A stretch of DNA of 64,000 nt. Origin: Blasia pusilla (taxonomy: Eukaryota). The position numbers and the translations under genes were made by a program. This document shows positions 13,528-26,572 of this stretch, piece after piece; positions within the stretch are counted from its first letter, which is position 1, and every line of letters starts with the position of its first letter. The notes beneath the pieces were generated by a model. The model searched no databases, was not told where the DNA came from, and was given only the letters and a program-made list of their open reading frames with translations. The stretch spans positions 41,230,001 through 41,294,000 of the forward strand of contig CM114271.1 in NCBI GenBank assembly GCA_050084515.1, given 5' to 3'.

Positions 13528-14560
13528 GAGGCACTACTACTTGAGTAGATTCTCACACTCTTTCTCAAAGGCAGATACTTTCAATATATTAGAAACCTTA
13601 GAAATGTTTCAATTTTTATCATGAATCTAGGCTACTGAATGTGTAAAGACGTTCTGTAGTTACGAGCTTAGCATTTTCAGCTAGTTCTGTTTCTCTCTGT
13701 GTGTTGTGGATTAAATGCAGAAGATCAGGTAATGACTTGAGGTTTCATCCCCATATTCACACAAGGTGCAGTAGTTTAGTTGTGTTCCCATCTTGCTTTT
13801 CAGAGAGAGATGAGAGATGAGAAGAAGAGGATCACCTCCGGCAGTGCCGATCTCTATCTATAAGAGGCGGCCGTAGGCTTCTAGATCTAGTGGATTCACT
13901 TCTTACAGAGCTTGAGAGCGTAACCGCAATATAGAAGGAGCTAGCTAGCGGTGTCGAGATCATTCATAAGTTCATAAATCAAATCCAACCATGGTGGGTT
14001 GCAGTAGAAAGAGAGCCAACAAAGTGGGGCATGTCATGGTTGAGGGAGAGGTAATGCTTATGGTATGGAGAGAGACAAGAATTTAATGGAGACTTGGACA
14101 GACTAAGAAAGGAAATGCTAATAGTTTGGGACGTATGCTAACAAGAACAACATAGGAAGAAAAAAAATGAGGAGAGGTGCATAGGACTCGGAAATTGATT
14201 AGTTACGAGTTAGAAGAACTAAACTAAAGAAACTTTGATAGTGCAAAAGATAGAGGGCAACGTATATGTTAGAGACAAGCTTGAGGTCACAATCCTTTAG
14301 AACGTTGGTTCTACAATGTACTATAGTTTATACAATGGATATTGAAGCATCACATCCTTCTCATCTTTGATCAAAGCTCTACTTATGCATTCTTGGCGGT
14401 TGGAGCGTTCTTTCCACGCTTCAACTTTTTCTCTTTGGCATGTTCAAACTTGCGCTGATGGTTGCAAGAACGCTGAAACCTCCACAACTCTACTCTCACC
14501 TCTATAGCTTCCACTCATGTGCTCGTGGCTACTTGTGCACTCTCTCAACTCATTCATACG

Positions 14561-14741
<181 letters not shown>

Positions 14742-15399
14742 TCTTACACTAGTATTTGTCATACCTTGTAACCATAGACCCCACACAAACATTTGAAGAA
14801 ATAAACATCAAGCCTTGATCTCTAAGCGAAAATAGCTAGAATGTGGTTGTAGCATGGGCTTGCTGAATTGCATGCGCACTTCAAAGTGTCCTAAACGATT
14901 TGCATTCCGGAGCTTCGTTCAACATTCTCTGCATCACGGAGCTGCATTCCTTCCCCTCTCACATGCGGGCATCATTATCTCCCGCCAACGTACTACATTA
15001 GGTTAGATATTCATTTCAAATTCAAAATTAATCAAAAAATCCATGTCATTTATTGGGCAAGGTCTAAAATTATCATAAAGTTGATACGTGGATCAATACA
15101 CGGTTGACACAAGTACCCACCATTTTAAACCCAAAAAACTCCCTTACTTTCTTGGACATCTTCCGTGTACACCTAGAGAATTAAGAATACCCTATTTTTT
15201 AATAAGTGTTGCCGTAAATTAAAAAATACCCTTAAGTTCTTCACAAAAGTTTATACGTCTTTCTCAAAATCCAATTTTAAAACCCTATATTTTATTGTAC
15301 ATGGTGTGTCTTTTTCTCGGAAGTGAGACCCCCGAGAAAAGAAGGTACAATTTCAGTTCGGGGCAAGGAAATTTCAGTTAGAACTCAATGGAGGAAGAC

Positions 15400-17105
15400 T
15401 TCAAGTGGAGCTATGGCGGTGACAAAACTTAGATAGCGATTTTTAGGGCTTTCCTTATTGATTTAGCAATATAGGTTGGCACTACTTGGAATGACAATAA
15501 AGGCTAATTTTTTCATTCTTGTAGAGCTTATTGAGGTATTGCCAATCTATCCAAAATTGTTTGATTCCGACATTCTTAGATCCTACAATAGCAATTTAGT
15601 GTAGGAAAGTGCAATTAGCGAAGGAAACTTATGGAGTTTGCTCTCTATATGCAAATGTTGACTAGTTATTCCACACAGTTAGTCAAATTTTGGAAAATTT
15701 CAGGTCAAATTTTGTATAGAAGTGACCTATGCTTCAATTCGAGTAAAACTGGTCTTCATGGAATATTCTTCAACAGTAATCAAAAGCGAAAAGCTAAATT
15801 ACCATAATCACAATGTTTGAAAGTTTTGCATGAAATAATTTCTCATGGGTCAAGAACTATAGGAGCTTAATATAAATGAAGAGGCCAAACCAGAAGATAA
15901 CTCAACAGACTTAAAAATTCATGCCTATAACAAAAAAGCAAGGTAAGTAATCCAATACAGTTTAATAATGATAAGTGCACCAATGATTGGTCACATTCAA
16001 GACGTTGATAGGCCGAGGATCCATTGGAAAAATTATTCCACACATCTACAAAGGCCAAAAAGCTTCAATTGAACAAAGTGAGGAAAGGATCCCAAAACAT
16101 CAATAACTAAGTTTTGAATATGCGACATATTGTTAATCAATTGAATAGCATTGGATTGATTGTAGAATATGATGATCTGATTTTGTTTACTCTTCAAGGT
16201 CTTCCAAAAGAATAAAAGTCTTTTGAAACTTCTATCTCTAAGAGAGAAGTATCCAACCTTTCAAAAGTTAGTCTTACTACTATTAGTGAGGAGATACACA
16301 TAGTCGACAATAGTAGCTAGCCTAGAATTCAAGAGAGTACGTTATGCAAGTAATGGATGAAATAGAGGCAGAGATCATGGTAGAAGCTTCCGTGGTTATG
16401 GTGAATATCAAACATATGCAGGAAAAGGCATTCAGCATAACTTCACTAGTATCATACGTAATCATAAGGTGGTGATGGTGGAAACGGTTGGGATCGAGAT
16501 CCTCAATTTAGGATCCTTGGATTTTGCAATTACTATGGAATAAAGAGTCACTATACAAATTGTTGGTTCAAGAAGAAGGCATACATGAGAATTGAAAGCT
16601 CAAAACAACAAAATTATATGGAGCATTGATACCAAGTGCAATATCAAGAACAATAATATTCACAAATTGAGCGACTCTTGGTCATGATTCATCATATGGG
16701 AGCAACGGTCAAGAATGACTCAACATCAGCTTGGTACATCAAATTGGGTGCATCAAATCATATGTTCTAACAAGCTATTAAAAGGGTGAGTAATATGGAG
16801 CTTGTGAAAGATCCTACAGTAATAGGAGATGATACTCAACATCATATCATGCATACTGATAACATTCTAATAGCATGATATGATTTTTGTGCTCTTGGAA
16901 ATATTCCCTATGTTCCTATTACAAGAAATTTGATGTGTGTAGGACCAAAATTAGAAAATTATTATAAGGCAAAGTTTAATAAAAATGATTTTTTCATTTG
17001 AAGTGTTACTATGGATGACCATACTATGATAGCCAAATGAACAAGATCTAGCAAAATATTCAAATTAGATGTTTTTATGCCATTCAAACATCACTGTATG
17101 GTCAA
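15400..17105 (+). mobile_element. Second Copia copy, 5' half (leader, gag, protease), heavily decayed
   Basis: Colinear with ~5350-7760 (e.g. TAGGAAAGTGCAATTAG, AGAGAGAAGTATCCAACCTTTCAA, GGTTCAAGAAGAAGGCA) and lacks the solo insertion. Confidence 0.88.
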
Positions 17106-18850
17106 ACTACATCCTTGGAGGTGGCCTTTAGAAAACTATTGGAAAAATCTCATTATAGTTGAGACTACTACATATAGAATGTTGAAGAAATGTATTTTTT
17201 AACTTTGATGTCATACATTGCCACTATCAGACAAAAATATTAGCTTTGCTCGAAGCATTAGCATTCAAATGAAAGGAATATGATGTTTTGATATTTCTCC
17301 AAATAAAGCTTGAATGGATGCTAAATTTGGCTACCTATTTTTGAATGATATGGCCTCTCTAAGAGGCTCTTCTACAATGGTCTATCCTTCTTACGAGGTT
17401 ATTTAAAGAGATTGAAAAAATCCCTTCCTCACAACAAATTGAAACTCGATGAAAATTTGGGCCAAAAGGAAATAATTTAGGAGTGCATTTTGAAAATGCC
17501 CTATTACAATCCCCTAAACCCCCAAAAATTCACTGGCACTAAAAAACAAGCCCTTCATTATGAGCATTAATATTACTTCCTTGGTTGGGTTATCTAAAAT
17601 GTATTAGAAAGAGACCTTCTCAATTCAAATCCTAGACCTTACTAGCACATACTCTTGATTTTAATAATTTAGAGATAATTGTAATTTTTTACATGTGAAA
17701 ATTCATTGGGTTTAATTTTTGTTATGCAACTATACATGCATTTGAAGAAGGGTTACTATGTGAGGAAGGTATTTTCTGAATAAGGGAAACCTAAAAGTTT
17801 TTTTGGAAAGGGAGGATGGGATTATTGTACGAGGAAAGCATTTCAAAAACCATCTCATTTTTTTAAAAGTTGAAAGATGGGATGCCACTATTTTAAAATT
17901 CTATTATTTGCAAATATTCATATTGAGAAGAAATGAATGAATGACCCATATAAAGCTCGTAAACTCTTTTGACTTTATTTTTAATTTTACCCCATACTAA
18001 GCTAAAAGTATAATGGGAAAAAAAGTTAGTACTTAAATGAATTTTTTTTTACAAATGTAGATTTTCTAATTTTCCCACTCCTCATGAAATTTTTAAAGTC
18101 TTCCTTATGCTCATTATAGTTCTCCATTTTAAAATTTAAGTTTAAATAAATATTCAAGTATATTAAATATTTTTAGTATTTAATTTTCCAGTTCAATTTC
18201 AAGGGGAAATTCCATGATCTTTTGGAAAAACTTAAATAGAAGAATAAGATAATGGTGGGACAAAATTACTTAAATAATCGTGAGAGTAATTTTATTTCTT
18301 AAACTATTTGAAATGTCCAATCTCGGTTGGGATGGAAATTTTAACTATTTTGGAAAAAAATAGTCATTTCTAAAAGAAGTGAAGCCCTTTTGGGCCTTTT
18401 CAATAGGGAATGTATTTACTACTTGTGGGAAAAAAAAAAAGGCGAACCCTACTTTTATTCAAAAACCTCAAAAGAAGACAAAGAAAGGAAATAACATACA
18501 AAAAATTGGAAGGAGGCAAGAAACGAAGAAAGGGATGACAAAAGAAATGACAACAAGAAAACACAAAAACAAACTCAACAAGCTATAAAATTAAGAATTT
18601 GAAAGAAATTTGTCACAAGCATTAGTGGTTGGTTGGTGATTAATGGATGATGAGATTAGAGGCAAACAACCACTTTGGCTCAACATATCAATGTTAATGC
18701 TTGTGCACAATGTAACACCATCGAGATGCATTCTGAAAAAATAGAGGTGACAACATAAAGAGAAGGATTAGGAGAAGGGATGAGTTCATAATTCTTGAGG
18801 GAATGGTGATCACATATTTTCAAGAGAAAGTATAAAATAATAAATTTTAA

Positions 18851-21800
18851 TATAGAAAATTGCTAAAAAAAATAGAATATATGGATATGGTTCTCACACA
18901 CGCACCACCATGGAGAACAAAATTTTGCAATGAGAGAATGAGTGGAGGTTGGTCTCCTTCTCAGTTACATAGGATATGTAAAAACAATCATAACTCTAAT
19001 CCTAACCATTATCTTGAGTTATTGTAACTATGATTATTTAATCCTAGATAAGATAAATATGATTTACTAACTAATCAAGATTAAGCTTTCATACTTCAAA
19101 TGTAGCAATTCATGAGTTTGACTATAATTAAGTCTTCAATATTCCCCCTCAAGCTCATATCGATATCTTTAACATCTAGATCATTTCTAAAAATCTTATC
19201 TCAAGATAATGCCTTTGTAAAAATATGAGCAATTTTTTATCTGTACCTATATACACAAAATCAATTTCTCATGAAAACACTTTCTCTCTAATAAAGTGCA
19301 CCTCAACATGTTTTGTTCAAGCGTGAAATAAAGAGTTTTTAGCAAGTTTGATGCTACTAATGTTGTCTGTAAATACTACTTTAGCTCTTAAGTTACTAGC
19401 ACTGATCTCATAAAGTAATCGATGAAGCCACATCGCCTCACATCTTATGTTGGTTGCTCCTATGTACTCAGCCTCTGTTGAAGATAAAGCAAATGCAGGT
19501 TTCTTCTTTGAAGCATGACTTATAACTACGTTTCCCAAGGTGAAGGAATAACCATATAAATAATGTCTATCAGACACGATTGTTGCCCAAGCGGCATGTG
19601 TGAATCCATGTAATTGTAACTCGGAGAAGGTTCAAATTTAAGGTTGCAAATGTGCAAAGTTGGTGTGTGCGGACATGTTCATGTCCACGGATTTATCTTC
19701 ATCCTAGGGACGAACATGTTTGTGCGGGCCCAAATATCCACATTCTATCCTTGATCTCATTGAGTCTGTCGCGTAGACTCGGGCTGGCCAAGCCTGCATC
19801 CATTTTTTGGCCCGCGTGTAGCCTTCACCAACCCGCACCAAGGTCTGTAGGGTTGGCTAAGAATCCGAGCCCCCATTGGGCGGGCTCAAGTTCACGTAGG
19901 GCTGGCAGGGCGAGCTCAAGGCTCGCATACGATGAGCTTAGGGCCCACACTTAAGCTCGCCTCGCCGTCGGTCTATGCGACAGGCTTAAGGGATCAAGGG
20001 CGTGCCCAGATGTGGGTTGTGGGTACTTGGGCGACATATCCCTAGATATGTCCGGATATGTCAGTTTATGTGCAACCTTGTTCAAATTGAAGGCCAAACT
20101 GAACAAAGAATTTCATATACCACATAATCCTCCTCATAGCATCGAGGCGAGGTTTTTGAGGTACTTACATTAATCATCTCATTAGGCCAATTGCATAGTT
20201 CAAGTTCGGCCTAATTATAGTCATGTAAATTAAACTTCCACCCCTGCGCGTGTAGATATTAGAATCTACAAGCACCTCTCCTTTATCCACTCTTACAAGC
20301 TATCATAGCATATTTTGAAAGAATGTGAAGATCATATGGTTGTTGTAATAACCACATACTCTCTCCAACCCTAATAAACTCAACACCAAGGAAGTACTTG
20401 AATTCTCCTTAGTCTTCCAGATCAATTTTTCCTATAACTTTACCTTTACTTGTTATACCATATCCTTAGTACTTCCAATAATCAAGAGATCATCAGTATA
20501 CACCACAATGAAAACCATATGATCTTATTCTCTCAAGACATATAGCGAGGAATTATAATTCCAAAGCTTAAAGCCCAACTCTTATAAGACATATGTTATC
20601 TTGCCATGCTAAGCTCTTGGAGCTTGTTTGAGTCCTTATACAACTTTCTTTAATTTTCATACGCGGAATGAAAACTTTGGATGCTCATATCAAGGTGGTT
20701 GAGTCATGTATAGCTCCTTATATAGATCTCCATTCAAGAAGGCATTATTGACGTCCATGAGATATTTTGTCCACGTCTTTCTTATTGTAACTACAAACAC
20801 TGTTCTTGTAGTCACCATCTTTGCAATAGGGCTAAACGTCTCCTCATAATCGATGCCATATTATTATGCATAGCCCTTGGCTACCAATATGGCTTTGTAT
20901 CTATTCATTATATCATACTGAATATGTGCTTGACTATGTATACTTGTTTGCAACCAATATCTTCCTTACTCGAAGGTATATCAACCAACTCCCAAGTTTA
21001 TTGATATCTTAATGCAACAAGCTCTTCTTCCATACCTTCAATTCATTCAATCTTACTCGCAATTTCTTAAGAAAAACTCGATTCATGAATCTTGAAGGAT
21101 ATTCATCATATATGCATGATTTGTTGTAAAGAATCCTTCATTTATGAATAAGATGCGTGACTCTATTTGACCTCTGAAGTTGTTATTTAGAGGTAGATAC
21201 CTCTAACATATGACTTGAACTTTGACTTAAGTCAACAAACAAAATACGTACTATTTTCAACCATATGCATGGATTGAGAGATTTAACTAAAGTATACAAC
21301 ATCTTCTCTAATCCTCCACTAGTACTTGGAGAATTCGTAGACAATGATTGTTGGTTTATAATCATATTTTCCCCCTTCAACAGACAAGTTTAAAAGTGGA
21401 ATAGGCTTAGATGGAGCATACCATGGCTTGAACTTATTAAAAATAACATCGCGATTAATAATAAACTACGTAGAGGGCGGAATGTAGTACTTATACTATT
21501 TAGTTCCATCATCGTAGCCAATGGAGATACATCTCTCAGATTTAGGATCCAATTTCTAACATCTTTCAAAAGAAACATGAACATAATGAATGCAACCAAA
21601 GACTTTTAGCAATTATAAATTAGGTTTACTTCTTGTGAAGACTTCAAATGGAGTCTTATCATGAACTCATGATATTGGAGTTTGATTGATTAAGAAGACT
21701 ATGCACGCTACGACCTCTCCTCAATAAATTTGAAGCATGTTCTTCTCATTCAGCATAGCATATGCCGCCTCAGTAATATGTCGATTCTTTTACTAAACCG

Positions 21801-21865
21801 CCCATTCCATTTTTTGTTGAGTGTAATAGCAAATGACTTGTCAATGGATGTCATTTTGAGTACCT
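18851..21865 (-). mobile_element. Copia 3' half (INT-RT-RNase H, PPT, 3' LTR 18851-19141), heavily decayed
   Basis: Reverse complement is colinear with ~8210-10916. ORF 19317-19577 has SKKKPAFALSSTEAEY and DNISSIKLAKN. PPT TTGAGGGGGAA is followed by TATTGAAG. Confidence 0.9.
19639..20080. mobile_element. hAT-type MITE (442 bp) inserted in the second Copia
   Basis: Perfect 8-bp TSD TTCAAATT (19631-19638, 20081-20088); TIRs TAAGGTTGCA/TGCAACCTTG. The first Copia has a single copy of the target site at ~10006-10013. Confidence 0.9.
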
Positions 21866-21983
21866 TTCTTACCGGGTATTATTTGCATCTAAACACAAAA
21901 AATAAATATTTGAGACATTAACAAAAGACTAGAACCACGTAAAAGCATCATAACAAATTAAAGTGAAATTAAGATAAAATAAT

Positions 21984-22405
21984 AAGTTGCCCGTGCGATG
22001 CATAGGAAATAAAAAAGTATTTGAAGAGTTGGTGTATAGCCCGTGAAGGGAAGAGATTAATGATGTTGCACATAAATTTAAATTTTTTTCTTGTTGCCCG
22101 TAGCATGTGAAACATTTTCTTGCTGCCTAGTTGCCATGTGTCAAGCAGAGAGATGTTTGCAAATCAAGAAGGCACTCTCCCATAATAATATAGAAAAGTT
22201 GCCCGAGCGATGCATCAGAAATAAAAAAGTGTTTGAAGAGCTAGTGTATATCCCGTGAAGGGAGAAGATTAATGATGTTGCACATAAATTTAAACTTTTT
22301 TCTTGTTTCCCATAGCATGTGAAACATTTTCTTGCTGCCCAATTTCCACGTGTCAAGCAGAGAGGTGTTTGCAAATAAATAAGACACTCTCCCATAATAA
22401 TATCG
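21984..22405 (-). repeat. Two tandem ~212-bp units, possibly non-autonomous Helitrons
   Basis: Clear direct repeat. On the minus strand the units begin TC(T/G)ATATTATTATGGGAGAG and end in a TGCATCGC(A/T)CGGGC motif resembling Helitron 3' hairpins; a terminal CTAG is not intact. Confidence 0.5.
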
Positions 22406-23787
22406 ATTTGCGAGAGAGAAAAATCTTGATATTAATCTATCTATAATATAGGAAAAATATCTAAGAATTATGGGGGAAAAACCTCATAATAATGCCCATA
22501 GAGTGCCATAGAAAATTATTGAAAAAAATTTGTAAGTATATCTTTACTTTTATAAAATTTTAAGAGGAAATGGGCCAAATGGCCATTGGAGAAGTCATAG
22601 CCTTGGCTACTAATTTCAAGTCACTTGTAAACATGATGATAGGTGTGGTGGGAAAGATAGTTTATTAGTTCTAGCACATACTACTAAATTTGAGGAAATT
22701 TTGCAAGTGCCAGCAATTGCAAACCAATCACAACATAGTGGCTACATAACTACAAGACAATCACAAATTTGAAACTATGACAATCATACGATTAAAATTT
22801 CAAGACGTAATTTATCCCTACGTCATAACTCTGAAGTGTAATTTTACTACACTCGTTAGACACTCTCAAAGACTTGTGAAACAATCACAGCACAGTTGCC
22901 TAGTACTCACATTTGGCTAACAAAGATCGTCTGACTTGTGAATCTACGTAGTCGAAAAGAAGTTGCAAAAATTAACTCACAACATAATCGGAAAATAGTG
23001 GTTTTTGGCACTCACAAACTAGTGGTTTCTTCCTCTTATATATTGCTACGTTTAGAATCATTTTTTGGTGAATGAAGCACTTCTATAAGGAGGATTTTCC
23101 TCCTTCCCATTGCTTTATAGGGATAGAATTTTTTCCTCCTTCATTTCAAGAATTTCGGAAATAAAATATAGAAGGAAATGAACTTCACTTATCTACATAT
23201 CCCTCAACATAAAAGAAAACTATCACCCAAAAACAAATTTAGAGTTAACTATACTCATGAATGAAAATAATCACAAAGTGAGGAGAAGTGTCTTGGAAAT
23301 TTAGGAGAAAAAGGAAAAGTGGAAATGATTGGAGGTAACACGGCAATTTATGGCCAAGAATTTGGGGCTAGAACTTGCAAAGTAATGGTGAAGTACCCAT
23401 TGCGACACTCACAAAGTAGTTTTAAGTTATGAGCTCAGTTGGCATTTTGTGAGTTTGCACAATTGCATTTTGCAACTCTATTGCAATAAGTAGTTGCAAT
23501 TTTATATGTGGTTTCTCCGTAACTTCTCAAAATTACAAATAGTTTGTGAGGTGAGGGTCATAACTTACAAAACAACCGAGACTTGAAAATTGTGTATGAG
23601 CCCCCGAAAATTAGTCATATGAACTACACTTACAGATTTCAATTGCAACAAAATTCCAAAGAGGCCGCAAAATTGATACTTGGATTAGAAAATTAGTTGC
23701 AATCAAAAGAAAATCCCTTGCATTGATATCTTAGGATATCCCATGATGAAACCACCATTAATCTCTCTCAACCAACCCAATCCTTGT

Positions 23788-24330
23788 TGTCACACGGAAT
23801 GCATCTACAATGCACATGTTGAGCACATTTACATTGCTTCAGTGAATCACCATATTCGTTATTTTTTTCATCTATCTAGCTTGTCCACTTGGAAACCACA
23901 CTCTTAAATGGAAACTATAAATCTTCACAATCATGTACCAAAAGTCTCCAGTAACTCATAAATCAAATCTCACATATTCCATATCTCTCAATCTCATGTC
24001 AAACCAAACCTACTCTCATGGTGAGAGGTTTGGATGAATCATAAGCCAAGGAAGACTATCGCCCAACTGTCTCATGGAAGAAGGCTAAACAAAGATAGAA
24101 TATGCTCTCCAAGCTTTATCTCATTGAGGTACACGCTCTTCCTCTTGCCTTGCCAATCTATAAATACACGTCATCTCTCCAACACTAACTATCACTAGTT
24201 AGTCAATCGTGCCCAAAATTGGGAGCATACTTTTATGATCAATTCTTTTAAATAGCCTCAAATGGACCCTAAATTATAGGTAATCTACACACACATGTTT
24301 CCAACCTCACGAGTTGGTCATCTTGAGCTT
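23788..24330 (-). repeat. Old, degenerate terminal-repeat fragment of the DNMT-Gypsy family
   Basis: CTCATGTCAAACCAAACC and the following ~150 bp match 6490-6650. Boundaries are approximate. Confidence 0.5.
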
Positions 24331-26315
24331 AAGGATGTTAATGCCTATACTCTTTGTCTCTATAAAAAAAAATTAGATACTCTACTCTAGTATAATTATA
24401 TTAGATGATAATTATTACACACATACAATTCGTTGCAAAGCCTACATATTTTCATTATCCAATCAAAAAAATATTTTAACATAGAAACGAGACACACTTA
24501 TGTATGCTCATATATTTGAAAGGTCTTTAATCACGCTCTTACTAATGATTAGCACCCTCTAACTCCAAATACTCATCTATTCATACACACCATGACAAAT
24601 GTTTCTATGAAATACACTCAGAGAAAAAAGATCAAGTGTTGATTTGGCCTTGACATTATATTTCTTCTTGTCATCCATGTCACTTCAAATATAGATCCAT
24701 ATCTACCTATCATATGTACATTTAAGACATATCCATGATCTCTAGGGAAGCCTATAAGAGGGGAAGTCAAACATAAAATTTTCAATTCAACCTCCCAAAT
24801 ACCCATCATAAATTAGAGAGCATGTTGGCCATATTGTCCCAATCTCAAGCTAATTCACGGAACCACTACTAGGATTGGTTCCATTATTCCATCAATATTT
24901 GCAACGTGATATGGCGTGCAATAATGCACATGATCCTTCCAAAATAGACCATCACATCCCTCTTACAAGAGAACACTTGATAGCAATATCTTATGTACCC
25001 TATGAAAAATGTGTCATACTATAACATATAATATTATTAGATTTTTGTTCTTATAAGTATGCATAGTCCTCTCAATGAAACATCCACATTTGTTGTTGAT
25101 ATCCTCCTCCAATATTTGCATATCTCCATATATTTTGATATTGTACAATAGCCAAGTTCTGAAACATCATGGACACCATTAACCAGAAACCTCTCTACCC
25201 ATAGAATACATGCTCTCATCTATAAATCTAGATTGATAAGATTCAACACCTCTCCAATCTCATGATTTATGATAAATGCATGTAGATCTGGCTCTTGCCA
25301 AAGGAGAAAAAAGCATGGTGAAAAGGATGTTAAGGAGGCTTTTCAACTAAAATTATAGCCAAACACTAACCATAGTAGATATAAATTCAAATTTCCTATG
25401 TGAGTATTTAAAAAGCATACTTGCACAAACCCCTTAGTACCAAATGTATAACTCTCTTGGCATAATCATCTTCCTCTAAATTATCTCACGTTATCCGATT
25501 TTTTTTAATCAAGAATATTAAACAAGGCTTGAATTCCTCTCAAAAATTTTGATGCCCTAGTTGGTCAACATCTCTACTAGTGCGTCATATAACTCAACAC
25601 TGAATATAAGAATATATTTACTACTCCCTCACTTGCTTTGTCAAGCCATGCAACCAACTCTATCCACTTTATAAAATACTCAACCATCATTAACACATAC
25701 CGGTTGTGAAATTTCATCAAAGATAAGGGTTTGGGAAACTCCATCAATAATCTAAATCAATGAAGAAATAATAAATAATAAATGCAACTATGGAGCCATA
25801 GCGTTAAAGGATGCTTGTACTATTTCACATATCATACAGTTCGTAACAAATTGGAGTACATTTGTCTACATAACATGCCATCAATGTTGTGCCTTAGGCA
25901 AGCTATACATCTACTTATTAACTCCAAAATATCCCAAACATGGTCCGGGGAGTTTTTCTCCGGGAACCAGTGAGTTACCGGTCTTTGCCGTCCGGAGTCG
26001 GATTTTTGGAAATTCTGATCGGTAATAATTGGCTGTTTTGGAAGTAGGCGGTAAATTTCTGATGATTTAATCCTACTACGGAAAATTTCTGAATATTTCA
26101 ATATTTAAACGGCAAGTTTCCTATTCATTTGAAAGGCCCCGGTAAATATCCAGCAAACTCTTAATATAGCCGGAAAAAATTTTCTCTAGGAACTTTATTG
26201 TGCAATAATCCTCTCCAAAGTCCACAGTCCTCTCCTGAGCCCAAACTTCTCAAAGTCTGCAGAATTCCACCCTAAGCACCCTCATCTAAAAAATCTCGCC
26301 TCTCTTCTTGAAACT

Positions 26316-26475
26316 TCCTTGGCAGGATTTGAACCTGGAAGGCCTCCCACCACTTGGGAGCCAAGGATCATCCAAGTTTCTCAAGTCCTCACTCCTTCTA
26401 TCCTACATTCATAATTTCACATCCTTGGCAGGAATTGAACCTGGGCAGGCTTCCCACCATTTGGGAACCAAGGAT
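26316..26475 (-). ncRNA. Two tandem tRNA-like mini-structures (26316-26367, 26421-26475) downstream of the hAT transposase
   Basis: Each has a closing stem TCCTTGG/CCAAGGA, a 6-bp hairpin with an A(G/A)TGG loop, and a CAGG-TTCAA(A/T)T-CCTG T-arm containing a perfect B-box. There is no anticodon arm. Expression is unknown. Confidence 0.5.
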
Positions 26476-26572
26476 CCAACCCCTTCATAGTACATGAAAG
26501 GTTTTATCACAAAACCTTTCATGTACTACAAAAGGGACCCTACCGTCTCACCTCTCCCTCCCTCCCTACCTA

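Noticed and set aside
22600-23720. Weak inverted similarity (TTGCAA/CTCACAA motifs)
   Set aside because: Could not define arms, TIRs or a TSD.
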